DNA from: Candidatus Latescibacterota bacterium
GTDB taxonomy: Bacteria; Latescibacterota; UBA2968; GCA-2709665
NCBI GenBank assembly: GCA_965248435.1
Contig: OZ252100.1
Span: 3,392,001 to 3,456,000, forward strand
Reading direction: 5' to 3'
DNA length: 64,000 nucleotides
Shown here: one piece after another, positions 46,915-55,644 of the stretch
Layout: each line of letters begins with the position of its first letter
How positions within the stretch are numbered: position 1 is the stretch's first letter
The notes under the pieces: generated by a model
The model's database searches: none
Told to the model about the DNA's origin: nothing
The model's input: the letters and a program-made list of their open reading frames with translations, nothing else
Position numbers and translations under genes: made by a program

Positions 46915-48770
46915 GTCTGAGTCGGGGAGAGGCCCACAAAAACATCGAAGAGATCCTGGACCACCTCCCGAAGGCACCCGGTGTCTATCTGATGAAGGAT
47001 GGGGAGGGGAAGATCTTCTACATCGGAAAGGCCAAATCCCTTCAGAGTCGGGTTCGATCCTACTTTCGGCCACTGGCGGACGATGGCCGACCCCAGTTCA
47101 GGGCCCTCATCAAGCACATCCGGGATCTGGAAACGATCGTGACAGATACCGAGATGGAGGCGCTGATTCTGGAAGCCAACCTGATCAAGGCACACAAGCC
47201 CAAGTACAACATCAATCTGAAGGACGACAAAAAATACCCATTTGTTCGGATTACGCAGGAGCCGTTTCCCAGAATCATCGTGACCCGAGACGTGGTTCGG
47301 GACGGCTCTCGCTACCTGGGTCCCTATTCTGATGTCAAATCCCTGCGGCGAACGATGGACACGATGCATCGCCTCTTCAGGGTTCGGAGCTGTGATTTCG
47401 CTCTTCCTTCCGCAAATGTTCGAGTTTGCCTGGACTATGAGATCGGGCGATGTGACGGTCCGTGCGAAGGGCTGATCTCGCAGGATGAATACAGGAAGAT
47501 CGTTGAAGAAGCCGTGCTCTTTCTGACCGGCAGGCACACTGAGGTAGTACGGGCCTTGAAGGGGCGCATGCAGACGCTGTCGGAGGGCAGGCGATTCGAA
47601 GATGCGGCGATCTGTCGAGACCGGATTCGTGCCCTGGAGCAGACGACAAGGCGCCAGAAGGTCGTTTCGAACGAATTTTCGGACTGGGATGCGATCGCTG
47701 TTTCGCGCGAAGACGAGGAGGCCTGCGGGGTCGTGATGGAGGTCAGGGAGGGGCGTCTGATCGGTCGGCAGCACTACTTCATCGGAGGCGTTCTTCACGC
47801 ACAGATGAAGGAAATCGTTTCGGCGTTCGTGAGACTTTTCTACGTGACTGCCTCGTTCGTGCCCAGGGATATCCACCTGGCGTGTGACATCGACGACCGG
47901 GAAACGGTCTCGAACTGGCTGCGGGACAAGGCGGGAAGAAACGTCGAGATTCACGCACCTCAAAGGGGCGATAAGGCGCGTCTCTTGAAGATGGCGGAGA
48001 GCAACGCGGCCCTGCTCTTGTCCGAGCGCCGTCTGAAGCGGGACCGGCGGCGTCAACAGGTCCCGGCGGCGGTCACCGCCCTGCAGAGGGACCTTCACCT
48101 GGACCGTCCTCCACAGCGGATCGAGGCCGTGGACATATCCAACATTCAGGGGAGCGATCCGGTCGCCTCTCTGGTTTCTTTTGTGGGTGGGCGGCCTCGG
48201 AAAAAAGAGTACCGGCATTTCCGGATTACGGGAATCGCTGGACCCAACGACTTTGCAATGATGAAGCAAGTCGTCACGCGCCGGTTCAGACGACTTTCAG
48301 AAGAGGGCCAGCCCTTTCCAGACCTGCTCCTCGTAGATGGAGGCAAGGGCCAGCTTTCTTCCGCGCTGTCCGCGCTGAAAGCCCTGGGATTTGTAGAACA
48401 GCGGGTCGTCGGTTTGGCCAAACGGCTCGAAGAGGTCTTCCTCCCAGGGCATCCGGATGCCCAGAATATCCCGAAGACCTCCTCCTCCCTCCGGTTGCTC
48501 CAGGCCCTTCGCGACGAGTCGCACCGTTTTGCGCTTACATATCACAGGAAACTGCGCAAGCGGCGGACGCTTACTTCTGAGCTGGACGACATCGCGGGCG
48601 TTGGCCCCGCGCGCCGTCGGGCCCTTCTTCGTCATTTCAGTTCCTTGAAGCGGGTCAAAGAGGCAGCGGCTGAGGAAGTGGCCGCCGTGGAGGGGATCGG
48701 ACCGAAGCTTGCACAGCAGATTCACGACGCGTTAAGCGCTGAATCTTCGAAAACATCAGGAGAGGCGTAG
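46875..48770 (+). CDS. uvrC: Excinuclease ABC subunit C
   Basis: LPKAPGVYLM, YIGKAKSL..RVRSYF, PKYNI.LKDDK.YP, RIE.VDISN, PDLLLVDGGKGQL, RDESHRFA, HhH. Confidence 0.96.
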   Translation: MGSLPADTTPTRVSLSRGEAHKNIEEILDHLPKAPGVYLMKDGEGKIFYIGKAKSLQSRVRSYFRPLADDGRPQFRALIKHIRDLETIVTDTEMEALILEANLIKAHKPKYNINLKDDKKYPFVRITQEPFPRIIVTRDVVRDGSRYLGPYSDVKSLRRTMDTMHRLFRVRSCDFALPSANVRVCLDYEIGRCDGPCEGLISQDEYRKIVEEAVLFLTGRHTEVVRALKGRMQTLSEGRRFEDAAICRDRIRALEQTTRRQKVVSNEFSDWDAIAVSREDEEACGVVMEVREGRLIGRQHYFIGGVLHAQMKEIVSAFVRLFYVTASFVPRDIHLACDIDDRETVSNWLRDKAGRNVEIHAPQRGDKARLLKMAESNAALLLSERRLKRDRRRQQVPAAVTALQRDLHLDRPPQRIEAVDISNIQGSDPVASLVSFVGGRPRKKEYRHFRITGIAGPNDFAMMKQVVTRRFRRLSEEGQPFPDLLLVDGGKGQLSSALSALKALGFVEQRVVGLAKRLEEVFLPGHPDAQNIPKTSSSLRLLQALRDESHRFALTYHRKLRKRRTLTSELDDIAGVGPARRRALLRHFSSLKRVKEAAAEEVAAVEGIGPKLAQQIHDALSAESSKTSGEA

Positions 48771-48773
48771 CCA

Positions 48774-49280
48774 TTGGATAAGACTGTTGAACTGCGGACA
48801 GGGTTGGGTGGGGTCACGGCAGCCTGGGACAACGGAAGGTTGGACCGAGTTCGCCTGGGGACATTTGAGCCGGATGGGGAGCGCAACCGGCCGTGTCTCG
48901 TGTCGGGAACCGTTCCGGACGCGGATGCCCACGGGCTGGTTTCGGCGATCCTGGATTATTTCTCAGGGGCGCCTGTCACGTTCGCGTGGCAGCCTACGTA
49001 TGGCGGGACCGAGTTCGAGCAGGAGGTGTGGCGGGCCGCGCAGGGGATTCCCTATGGAGAGACGCGAAGCTACGGTTGGCTCGCAGAAAGGATCGGCCGA
49101 AGCGGGGGCCCTCGAGCGGTGGGAGCAGCGCTAGGGAAGAATCCGTTCCATCTGGTCGTGCCCTGCCACAGAGTCCTGGCCGCATCAGGCGCCTTGACCG
49201 GCTTTGCGTGCGGGCTGGAATGGAAGGCAGCGCTTCTAAAACTCGAGCGGAGCGCCGATGAATCAGTCGACCAAAACTGA
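48774..49280 (+). CDS. ogt: Methylated-DNA--protein-cysteine methyltransferase
   Basis: GT.FEQ.VW, IPYGETRSY, RAVG.A.GKNP, PCHRV active site. Confidence 0.92.
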   Translation: MDKTVELRTGLGGVTAAWDNGRLDRVRLGTFEPDGERNRPCLVSGTVPDADAHGLVSAILDYFSGAPVTFAWQPTYGGTEFEQEVWRAAQGIPYGETRSYGWLAERIGRSGGPRAVGAALGKNPFHLVVPCHRVLAASGALTGFACGLEWKAALLKLERSADESVDQN

Positions 49281-50187
49281 GGCGGAGATCCCCCCGACGT
49301 GGCAGGATGCGCTCAGCCGGTTTCTGGACTTCGTCGTGCTGGAGCGCGGCCTCGCGGCGAACACTGCTGACGGTTACGGGCGGGACCTCGCTCGCTACCT
49401 GATGCTGCTGACCGACCGTGGCATCGAAGATCCGAAGGAGGTGTCGAGCGAAGATGTGTCTGCCCTGCTTCGTTCCCTCGGAGACGTGGGCCTGGAGGCC
49501 TCCAGCGTCGCACGGAATCTGACCGCGATCAGGATGTTCCACCGGTTCCTGGTAGCTGAAGGGCTTGCGGATGAGGATCCTACGGAACACCTGAAACCCC
49601 CAAAGCTGGGGAGGAAGCTTCCGAGGGTTTTGAATGTCGAGGAGGTCGAGCGGTTAACGCTCGAACCGGACGTCTCGACACCCCTGGGTCTTCGAGACAA
49701 AGCGATGCTAGAGATGCTCTACGGGGCGGGACTGCGTGTCTCGGAGCTGACCGGGCTGGAACGGACCCACCTGCTTTTCGAGTTGGATGTCCTGCGCGTG
49801 GTCGGGAAGGGGAGTAGGGAACGGGTGGTTCCGATCGGACGGGAAGCGAAGACCTCGGTTACACGATACTTGAAAGAGGGACGTCCGCAGCTCGAGCGGG
49901 CCGGTTCCGGCCAATCGGTGTTCCTGAATCAACGGGGGGGACGTATTACACGGATGGGCGTGTGGAAGCTCCTGCGTCAACACGCGAGATCGGCCGGGAT
50001 CGAAAAGGACGTCAGTCCTCATATCCTGCGACATACCTTTGCGACGCATCTACTCGAGGGAGGCGCCGACCTGCGCGCTGTACAGGAGATGCTCGGCCAC
50101 GCAGATATCTCCACGACGCAGATCTATACACACGTGGACCGGGAATACTTGAAGGAGGTACACCGGACGTTTCATCCGAGAGCGTAA
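49258..50187 (+). CDS. xerD: Site-specific tyrosine recombinase XerD
   Basis: ERGLA.NT..GY.RDL, RD.AMLE.LYG.GLRVSEL, GKG..ER, SPH.LRHTFATHLLEGGADLR.VQEMLGHA.ISTTQIYTHV, FHPRA. Confidence 0.93.
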   Translation: MNQSTKTEAEIPPTWQDALSRFLDFVVLERGLAANTADGYGRDLARYLMLLTDRGIEDPKEVSSEDVSALLRSLGDVGLEASSVARNLTAIRMFHRFLVAEGLADEDPTEHLKPPKLGRKLPRVLNVEEVERLTLEPDVSTPLGLRDKAMLEMLYGAGLRVSELTGLERTHLLFELDVLRVVGKGSRERVVPIGREAKTSVTRYLKEGRPQLERAGSGQSVFLNQRGGRITRMGVWKLLRQHARSAGIEKDVSPHILRHTFATHLLEGGADLRAVQEMLGHADISTTQIYTHVDREYLKEVHRTFHPRA

Positions 50188-50189
50188 AT

Positions 50190-50364
50190 CCGTTGATCGC
50201 TGGTCGCGTCCAGAAGGACACGACCGAAGCGTCGTTCGTGGATCGTAAAGCAAACCTCACCGCTAGAGGCCGTTGATCGCTGGTCCTCACCGGAGAGATC
50301 GTAGAGAAAGAACCGGGTACCGTAGAAATTGCGGATTGCGGATTTGGGATTGCGGAATGAAAGG
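50190..50364. repeat. Cluster of short periodic repeats, including copy 2 of the 38-bp repeat
   Basis: CCGTTGATCGCTGGTC at 50190 and 50270; AAACCTCACCGCT at 50252; 38-mer at 50327-50364. Confidence 0.8.
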
Positions 50365-50528
50365 GTCACGGTAGACTTCGCGGAGGTCGCAGTAACTCGG
50401 AGAGATTTTCCAGACGTCTGGAAAATTAGTCTAACTCTAATATTTACAATAATCGGAAAAGAATAACCACGGGCATGTCCCCGCACCTCACATTCGTTGG
50501 GCATAAACTCCAGCAGGGGTCGTAGAGA

Positions 50529-51665
50529 TCAGACTTCCAGCTGCTTGGGATAGGTCGTCAGGTTTTCGCACCCGGAGTCGGTGACGACGACGAGGTCTTC
50601 GATCCTTACCGCTCCCCGACCTATGTAGTAAAGCCCCGGCTCTACGGTGACAACGTGGCCTGACTGGAGTTCGGTGTCGGCCTTGCTTATGCGCGGGGGC
50701 TCGTGGATTTCGAGGCCCACGCCGTGGCCGGTGCCGTGAAAGAAGCCCTGCATCCGCCCTTCCAACTCGCCTGTACGAAACCCCCTGCCTTTAAAGAGGT
50801 CCATCACCGCACGATGGATCTCTCTTCCGTTTACACCCGCGCGAATGGAATCCAATGCGAGGTTCTGCCCTTCCAGGACGACATCGTAGAGTGTCTTTGC
50901 GTCCTCCTGGATCGGTCCCTTACCGACGGTCCGGGTGAGATCGCCGAAGTATCCGGTATGATCTGAGCGAGGGAAGATGTCTATGATGATCGGCAACCCG
51001 GCCTGCAGGGGGCCGGAACCCTGATTGTGAGGATCGCAGGCCTGGTCTCCACACGCCACGATCGTGTACCTCGCAGTGCACTCCCGTTCCAGCAGTGTGA
51101 GCGCGATCAACCGCTTGATCTCTTCCGAGGTGAGCAGTGCGCCGTTTCGGTAGAGCATGCCGTCCCGCACATCTGCCTCTTCGATGGCTGCGATCGCCAC
51201 CTCCATGGCGGCTTCCGTGTGCTGCTGCACCTGACGGATGTGCTGAATCTCCTCGGTGGTCTTGCACTCCCGTTCGGGAAAGAAAGGGCCCGGAGCAAAA
51301 CGAACGTCATACTCCGCATTTCGAAGGTAGTCCGTGGCCTCTATGGAAAAGGTTCGGGGGACGAGGAGACTTCGAACGTGAAGCTCCTGCAGGAGTGCAT
51401 CTAGGGCGGTGAACGGCGTCGGCTCCGCCGATTCGGACGGACGGGCCTGATCCAGATATCTGGTGAGGGAAAGGACGCGATCTACACGGGCGACGGCTCG
51501 CGCGCGATCCAGTTCCAGGTCCGACACGAGGAGAAGCTTCTCGGCTTCCGTTTCGATGAAGATAAAGGGGTCCGGGGCGAGGAACTTCGTCGCGTAGTAG
51601 AGATCGGCGTCCACTTCGCTCGCGGAGATAATGAGGCGAGCTTCGGCAGCTTGCAGGTCGGACAC
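50529..51665 (-). CDS. Xaa-Pro aminopeptidase (M24 family)
   Basis: R..KT.EEI, PH, IIIDIFP...GYFGDLTRT, FFHGTGHGVGLEIHEPP, TVEPGLY, RIEDLVVVT. Confidence 0.92.
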   Translation of the reverse strand: MSDLQAAEARLIISASEVDADLYYATKFLAPDPFIFIETEAEKLLLVSDLELDRARAVARVDRVLSLTRYLDQARPSESAEPTPFTALDALLQELHVRSLLVPRTFSIEATDYLRNAEYDVRFAPGPFFPERECKTTEEIQHIRQVQQHTEAAMEVAIAAIEEADVRDGMLYRNGALLTSEEIKRLIALTLLERECTARYTIVACGDQACDPHNQGSGPLQAGLPIIIDIFPRSDHTGYFGDLTRTVGKGPIQEDAKTLYDVVLEGQNLALDSIRAGVNGREIHRAVMDLFKGRGFRTGELEGRMQGFFHGTGHGVGLEIHEPPRISKADTELQSGHVVTVEPGLYYIGRGAVRIEDLVVVTDSGCENLTTYPKQLEV

Positions 51666-51671
51666 GGGGGG

Positions 51672-53120
51672 CTACTCCGGAATCTTCATCGTGAGAAACC
51701 CGCGGCTCTTCCCTCGCCTGACCGAAAAGGCCGCATTCCGGCCTTTCTCAAGTCGACCGATCGCCGTGTTGAAATCCTTCACAGATCTGATGTCCTGTTC
51801 GAAGTTCCCCTGCCGAACCTTGAAGATGATATTCCCTGGCCGAAATCCCGCCTCGCGGGCAGAACCGGGGTCGACCTTTACGACGACGATCCCCTCTGTG
51901 TCACCGTCCAGGCTAAAGCGGCTTGCGGTTTCCGGCGTGAGGTCCTGGACAGTAATTCCGAGGTGTTCCTCTTCTTCGATCGGACTCTCCGGGGGAAGGG
52001 ATGCGCTTTCTGAGCTGGGCTCTCGCTCACCGAGCGTGGCTTCGACCGTCAACGTCCTGCTGCTGCGTCTCACCTCGAGGCTCACCTTGTCTCCCGGGTG
52101 TTTTCTCGCAATCAGGCTCTGAATCTGGTTAGGCCGGTTGACGGGCTGTCCATCGATGCTCAGGAGGATGTCTTCCGGCCTGAGTCCCGCAGTCTCGGCG
52201 GGCTCACCGACGACATCGACGACCAATACACCTTTCGGCCTCTTTAGTCCTACGGCATCTGCCACCGACGCATCCACCTGACGGAGGGACACGCCAAGGA
52301 ATCCTCTCCTGACATACCCGTGGGCAGCTATATCGTCCATGACTTTTTTGGCCAGGTTGATGGGGATGGCGAATCCATAACCTTCAAAGCGACCGGTCGA
52401 GGTTGCGATGGCGGTGTTGACCCCGACGACCTCACCTTTGAGGTTGACGAGCGGGCCCCCTGAGTTGCCCGGATTGATCGCCGCATCGGTCTGAATGAAG
52501 TCTTCAACGCCGAAGCCGTCCTGGATGATATTCAGATTGCGTCCAATCGCACTCACGATGCCTGAGGTGACGGTCGATCGAAAACGAATGCCAAGCGGGG
52601 CACCGACCGCAAGCACCCACTCGCCGATCTCTATTTTGTCTGAGTCCCCGATCCTGGCCGGCTGGAGGTTTTGCTCTTCGATCTTGATCACGGCCACGTC
52701 GGTCAAGGAGTCCGACCCGACGAGCCGTGCTTCGAATTCGCGATTGTCGTAGAGGAGTACAGTGATTACGTCTGCCTTGCCCGCGACGTGGTGGTTGGTC
52801 AAGATGTATCCATCTTCGGTCACGATGATCCCCGATCCCAGGCCTTCCCGCTGTCTTGGCGCGTTTTCGGGCATCCGGAAGAAGGGGTGAAACCTGGACC
52901 CCGGGTCGTCCCGCTCCCACGTTTCTGCGTCGAGGGTTTGCTTCGTACTGATCGTGGTTACGCTTGGTGTGATCTGCCTGGCGATGCTTGTAAACGCCCT
53001 GTTGAAGACTTGAAGCTGAGCCAGCCCCGCGTCTTCTTCGGCCCTCGCAGGGGTATGGCCGGCAAGCCACAAAAGGCAGACGCAGACCAGGTGAATCTGG
53101 ATTCGAGAGCGTCGGTTCAT
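51672..53120 (-). CDS. degP: DegP/HtrA (Do) serine protease with two PDZ domains
   Basis: Signal peptide, GSGII..DGYILTNHHV, TDVAV, IQTDAAINPGNSGGPL, two PDZ domains. Confidence 0.92.
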   Translation of the reverse strand: MNRRSRIQIHLVCVCLLWLAGHTPARAEEDAGLAQLQVFNRAFTSIARQITPSVTTISTKQTLDAETWERDDPGSRFHPFFRMPENAPRQREGLGSGIIVTEDGYILTNHHVAGKADVITVLLYDNREFEARLVGSDSLTDVAVIKIEEQNLQPARIGDSDKIEIGEWVLAVGAPLGIRFRSTVTSGIVSAIGRNLNIIQDGFGVEDFIQTDAAINPGNSGGPLVNLKGEVVGVNTAIATSTGRFEGYGFAIPINLAKKVMDDIAAHGYVRRGFLGVSLRQVDASVADAVGLKRPKGVLVVDVVGEPAETAGLRPEDILLSIDGQPVNRPNQIQSLIARKHPGDKVSLEVRRSSRTLTVEATLGEREPSSESASLPPESPIEEEEHLGITVQDLTPETASRFSLDGDTEGIVVVKVDPGSAREAGFRPGNIIFKVRQGNFEQDIRSVKDFNTAIGRLEKGRNAAFSVRRGKSRGFLTMKIPE

Positions 53121-53246
53121 GAACGGTAAACTCCTTCTTGATATCGCAAGCTTTGCTCCACTTAAACAAATGTGGATAGGTTGGGCCCAGGATCCTGGGA
53201 AGTTTAACAGATGTGAGATGCCGAGGAGGCGATCCCGGACAGCGCT

Positions 53247-54797
53247 CTAGAGGTCGTACTGCTGAATTTTTCGATACAACGTGCGTTCGGGCATATCGAG
53301 GAGTTTTGCGGCCTTCTTTCGATGTCCGCCGGTCGTCCTGAGGGCGAGTGCGATTGTCTCTCGTTCGACCTCTCGGAGGGGTTTAACCTGTTTGTGCATA
53401 GACACGGAGGAATCGGCCTCTTTGTACTCTACCTCCGTGCCCCTTTCGGGAAAGGAAGGCGCATCGGAGGCGTAGACCGGCAGAGACTGCACCTCTGTCC
53501 TGGCGCCCTTCAGGAAGGCCTTCAACTCCTTTACGTCACGTGCCACCTCGAGGATCGCCCAGTAAAGGAGGTCTCGCTGAGATTCCTCAGGCGTTTTGGA
53601 CAGGTGAATCGGGAGGTTCGGCACGGCCTCGCCCAGAGACACATTCCCGTCGAGATCCTCGAGATGTCCAACGACGTCATCTCTTCCGATCTGGCGCTTT
53701 ACCGAGAGGATCATCAGGCGCTCGACCAGGTTTTTGAGTTCACGCACGTTGCCGGGCCAGTTGTAGCCTTGGAGCGTTTCGAGGGATTCGCTATCCAGTT
53801 CGATTGGAGCTACGCCGTGCTCCTTGTGATACAGCTCGACGAAGTGTTGGATGAGGATCGGGACGTCTTCCGGTCTCCTCCGCAGTGGAGGAATGGAGAT
53901 CTCCACAACCTTGAGCCTGTAGTAAAGGTCTCTGCGGAACCCGCCATCTACGACGGCTTGCTGGAGATCTCTGTTCGTGGAGGCGATCAACCTCACGTCG
54001 ACTTTTCTCGCCCGCGTGCTGCCTAGGCGGGTGATCTCGCGGGCCTCGAGCACCCTGAGGAGTCGGACCTGGGCCGAAGGGGACATTTCTCCGATTTCGT
54101 CGAGAAAGACCGTCCCGCCGTTTGCCGCTTCAAAGATACCCTGGCGGTCGGTCCGCGCATCGGTAAAGGCCCCCTTTTCGTGACCGAACAGTTCGCTCTC
54201 CAACAGGGTTTCGGGAATTGCGCCACAGTTGATTGTCAGGAAACGCGCATCCCTTCTTGGACTCGATTCGTGGATGACCTGCGCGATCAGGTCCTTTCCG
54301 GTCCCGCTTTCGCCGGTGACGAGCACACTGACAGGGGTCGGGGCGATCTGGCCGATCGTCTCCCAGATCTGTCGAATCGCCTCTGACCGACCCAAAATCC
54401 TGGACTCCCTGTCGTGGAAGCGGTTCGTCTCGAATCGCCGGAGGGTTTCTGCAAGCTGGCTGGCGTCGAACGGGTGGTCCAGGATCGCACTGGGTTCGAG
54501 TCCCCGAAGATCCGCCTTTTCGCCATTCTGGGCTGACAGGACCAGGAGCGTGGTCTTGTCGGACACGGATTTCAGCGGGCTCGAGAGGTGGAGGGAGGCA
54601 TCGGCCAGATGCTCTCCGTCCAAAACGAGAAGGTCGATGTTCCCACGCTTCAGCAGTTTTTTCGCCGGCATCACGTTGTTCGTTGCGACCGTTTCCCACC
54701 CCTGAGCCTCGAGTTGGGTGCGCAGGGATCCGATCAGATCCTGGGCCTCAGAAATGATGAGCGCGTTCCGTTTGGATTTCGTCGTCTCGGATTTCAT
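53247..54797 (-). CDS. Sigma54-dependent transcriptional activator (atypical receiver, AAA+, Fis-type HTH)
   Basis: GESGTGKD, ESELFGHEKGAFTDA, FLDEIGE, FRRDLYYRL, WPGNVREL, AAKLL....RTLYRK. Confidence 0.92.
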   Translation of the reverse strand: MKSETTKSKRNALIISEAQDLIGSLRTQLEAQGWETVATNNVMPAKKLLKRGNIDLLVLDGEHLADASLHLSSPLKSVSDKTTLLVLSAQNGEKADLRGLEPSAILDHPFDASQLAETLRRFETNRFHDRESRILGRSEAIRQIWETIGQIAPTPVSVLVTGESGTGKDLIAQVIHESSPRRDARFLTINCGAIPETLLESELFGHEKGAFTDARTDRQGIFEAANGGTVFLDEIGEMSPSAQVRLLRVLEAREITRLGSTRARKVDVRLIASTNRDLQQAVVDGGFRRDLYYRLKVVEISIPPLRRRPEDVPILIQHFVELYHKEHGVAPIELDSESLETLQGYNWPGNVRELKNLVERLMILSVKRQIGRDDVVGHLEDLDGNVSLGEAVPNLPIHLSKTPEESQRDLLYWAILEVARDVKELKAFLKGARTEVQSLPVYASDAPSFPERGTEVEYKEADSSVSMHKQVKPLREVERETIALALRTTGGHRKKAAKLLDMPERTLYRKIQQYDL

Positions 54798-54802
54798 GTC
54801 GA

Positions 54803-55480
54803 TCAGTGCGGTTGGTCCCTGTCCAGCCCGACAATGAGGAGGTCTTTGTTCTTGTGGACGATGTAGCCCTGGTTTTCGAGCCGCTTGAGCACGCGCGAAA
54901 CCGTTTCACGCGTCGTGCCTGACATGTTTGCCAGGTCTTGATGTGTCGGTCGATTTCTTATCAGGACCCCGTCGGGGGAGGGCACACCCTGATCTTCTGC
55001 GAGCTGCAGCAGGGTTTGGGTAATCCGCCCTGTGACGTCCGAAAGGGCAAGGCCTTCTATCTTTCGGTCGGTCTTTCTGAGGCGGCCGGCGAGCACCGAG
55101 AGGAGTTTTATCGCGATTTGCGGCGTATTCATGACCAGTCTCAGAAAGTCCGCCCGCCGGACCATCAAGAGATCTGTTTCCTGCATCGTCGTCACGTTGG
55201 CCGAACGGGGATGTCCATCGAGCAAGGACATTTCGCCGAAGAAGTCGCCTTCGGCAAGGATAGAAAGGATGACTTCACGTCCGTCTTCGCTCACGATGCT
55301 GACCTTGACCTGACCCCTGGAAATGACAAAAAGGGTGTCGCCTTCGTCTTCGGCCATGATTACGACCCGGTCTTTTGGAAAGACCCGGGACAACGCCACG
55401 TCCGACAGCGCATCGAGCTCCTCATCGTTGAGTGCTTCGAAGAGCGTGACCCGTTTCAGAAGCTCCTTACGTGTGGGCAT
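54803..55480 (-). CDS. Crp/Fnr family transcriptional regulator (cNMP-binding)
   Basis: GDFFGEMSLLDG.PRSA cNMP cassette; THQDLANMSGTTRETVSR HTH. Confidence 0.93.
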   Translation of the reverse strand: MPTRKELLKRVTLFEALNDEELDALSDVALSRVFPKDRVVIMAEDEGDTLFVISRGQVKVSIVSEDGREVILSILAEGDFFGEMSLLDGHPRSANVTTMQETDLLMVRRADFLRLVMNTPQIAIKLLSVLAGRLRKTDRKIEGLALSDVTGRITQTLLQLAEDQGVPSPDGVLIRNRPTHQDLANMSGTTRETVSRVLKRLENQGYIVHKNKDLLIVGLDRDQPH

Positions 55481-55564
55481 CTTCCCTCCGGAATTGGGGG
55501 CTGGATTCACGGACCCGACGTATCAACGTCACTATCATAGGGGCTCAGAGAATCCAAAGGGATG

Positions 55565-55591
55565 AAAATCGGTCGGTCAGACCGACCGATT
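55565..55591 (-). terminator. Probable terminator/hairpin after the large TPR gene
   Basis: AATCGGTCGGTC-A-GACCGACCGATT palindrome with a short T-run on the minus strand. Confidence 0.5.
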
Positions 55592-55644
55592 CCTTCGTGG
55601 GGTGCTGTTACGATCTCGAGCACGAATGATGACAGCTCAGCGAA

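Noticed and set aside
49258-50187. Tyrosine recombinase as a prophage/island integrase or integron
   Set aside because: Canonical XerD motifs, housekeeping context, no IntI patch and no attC-like cassette array.
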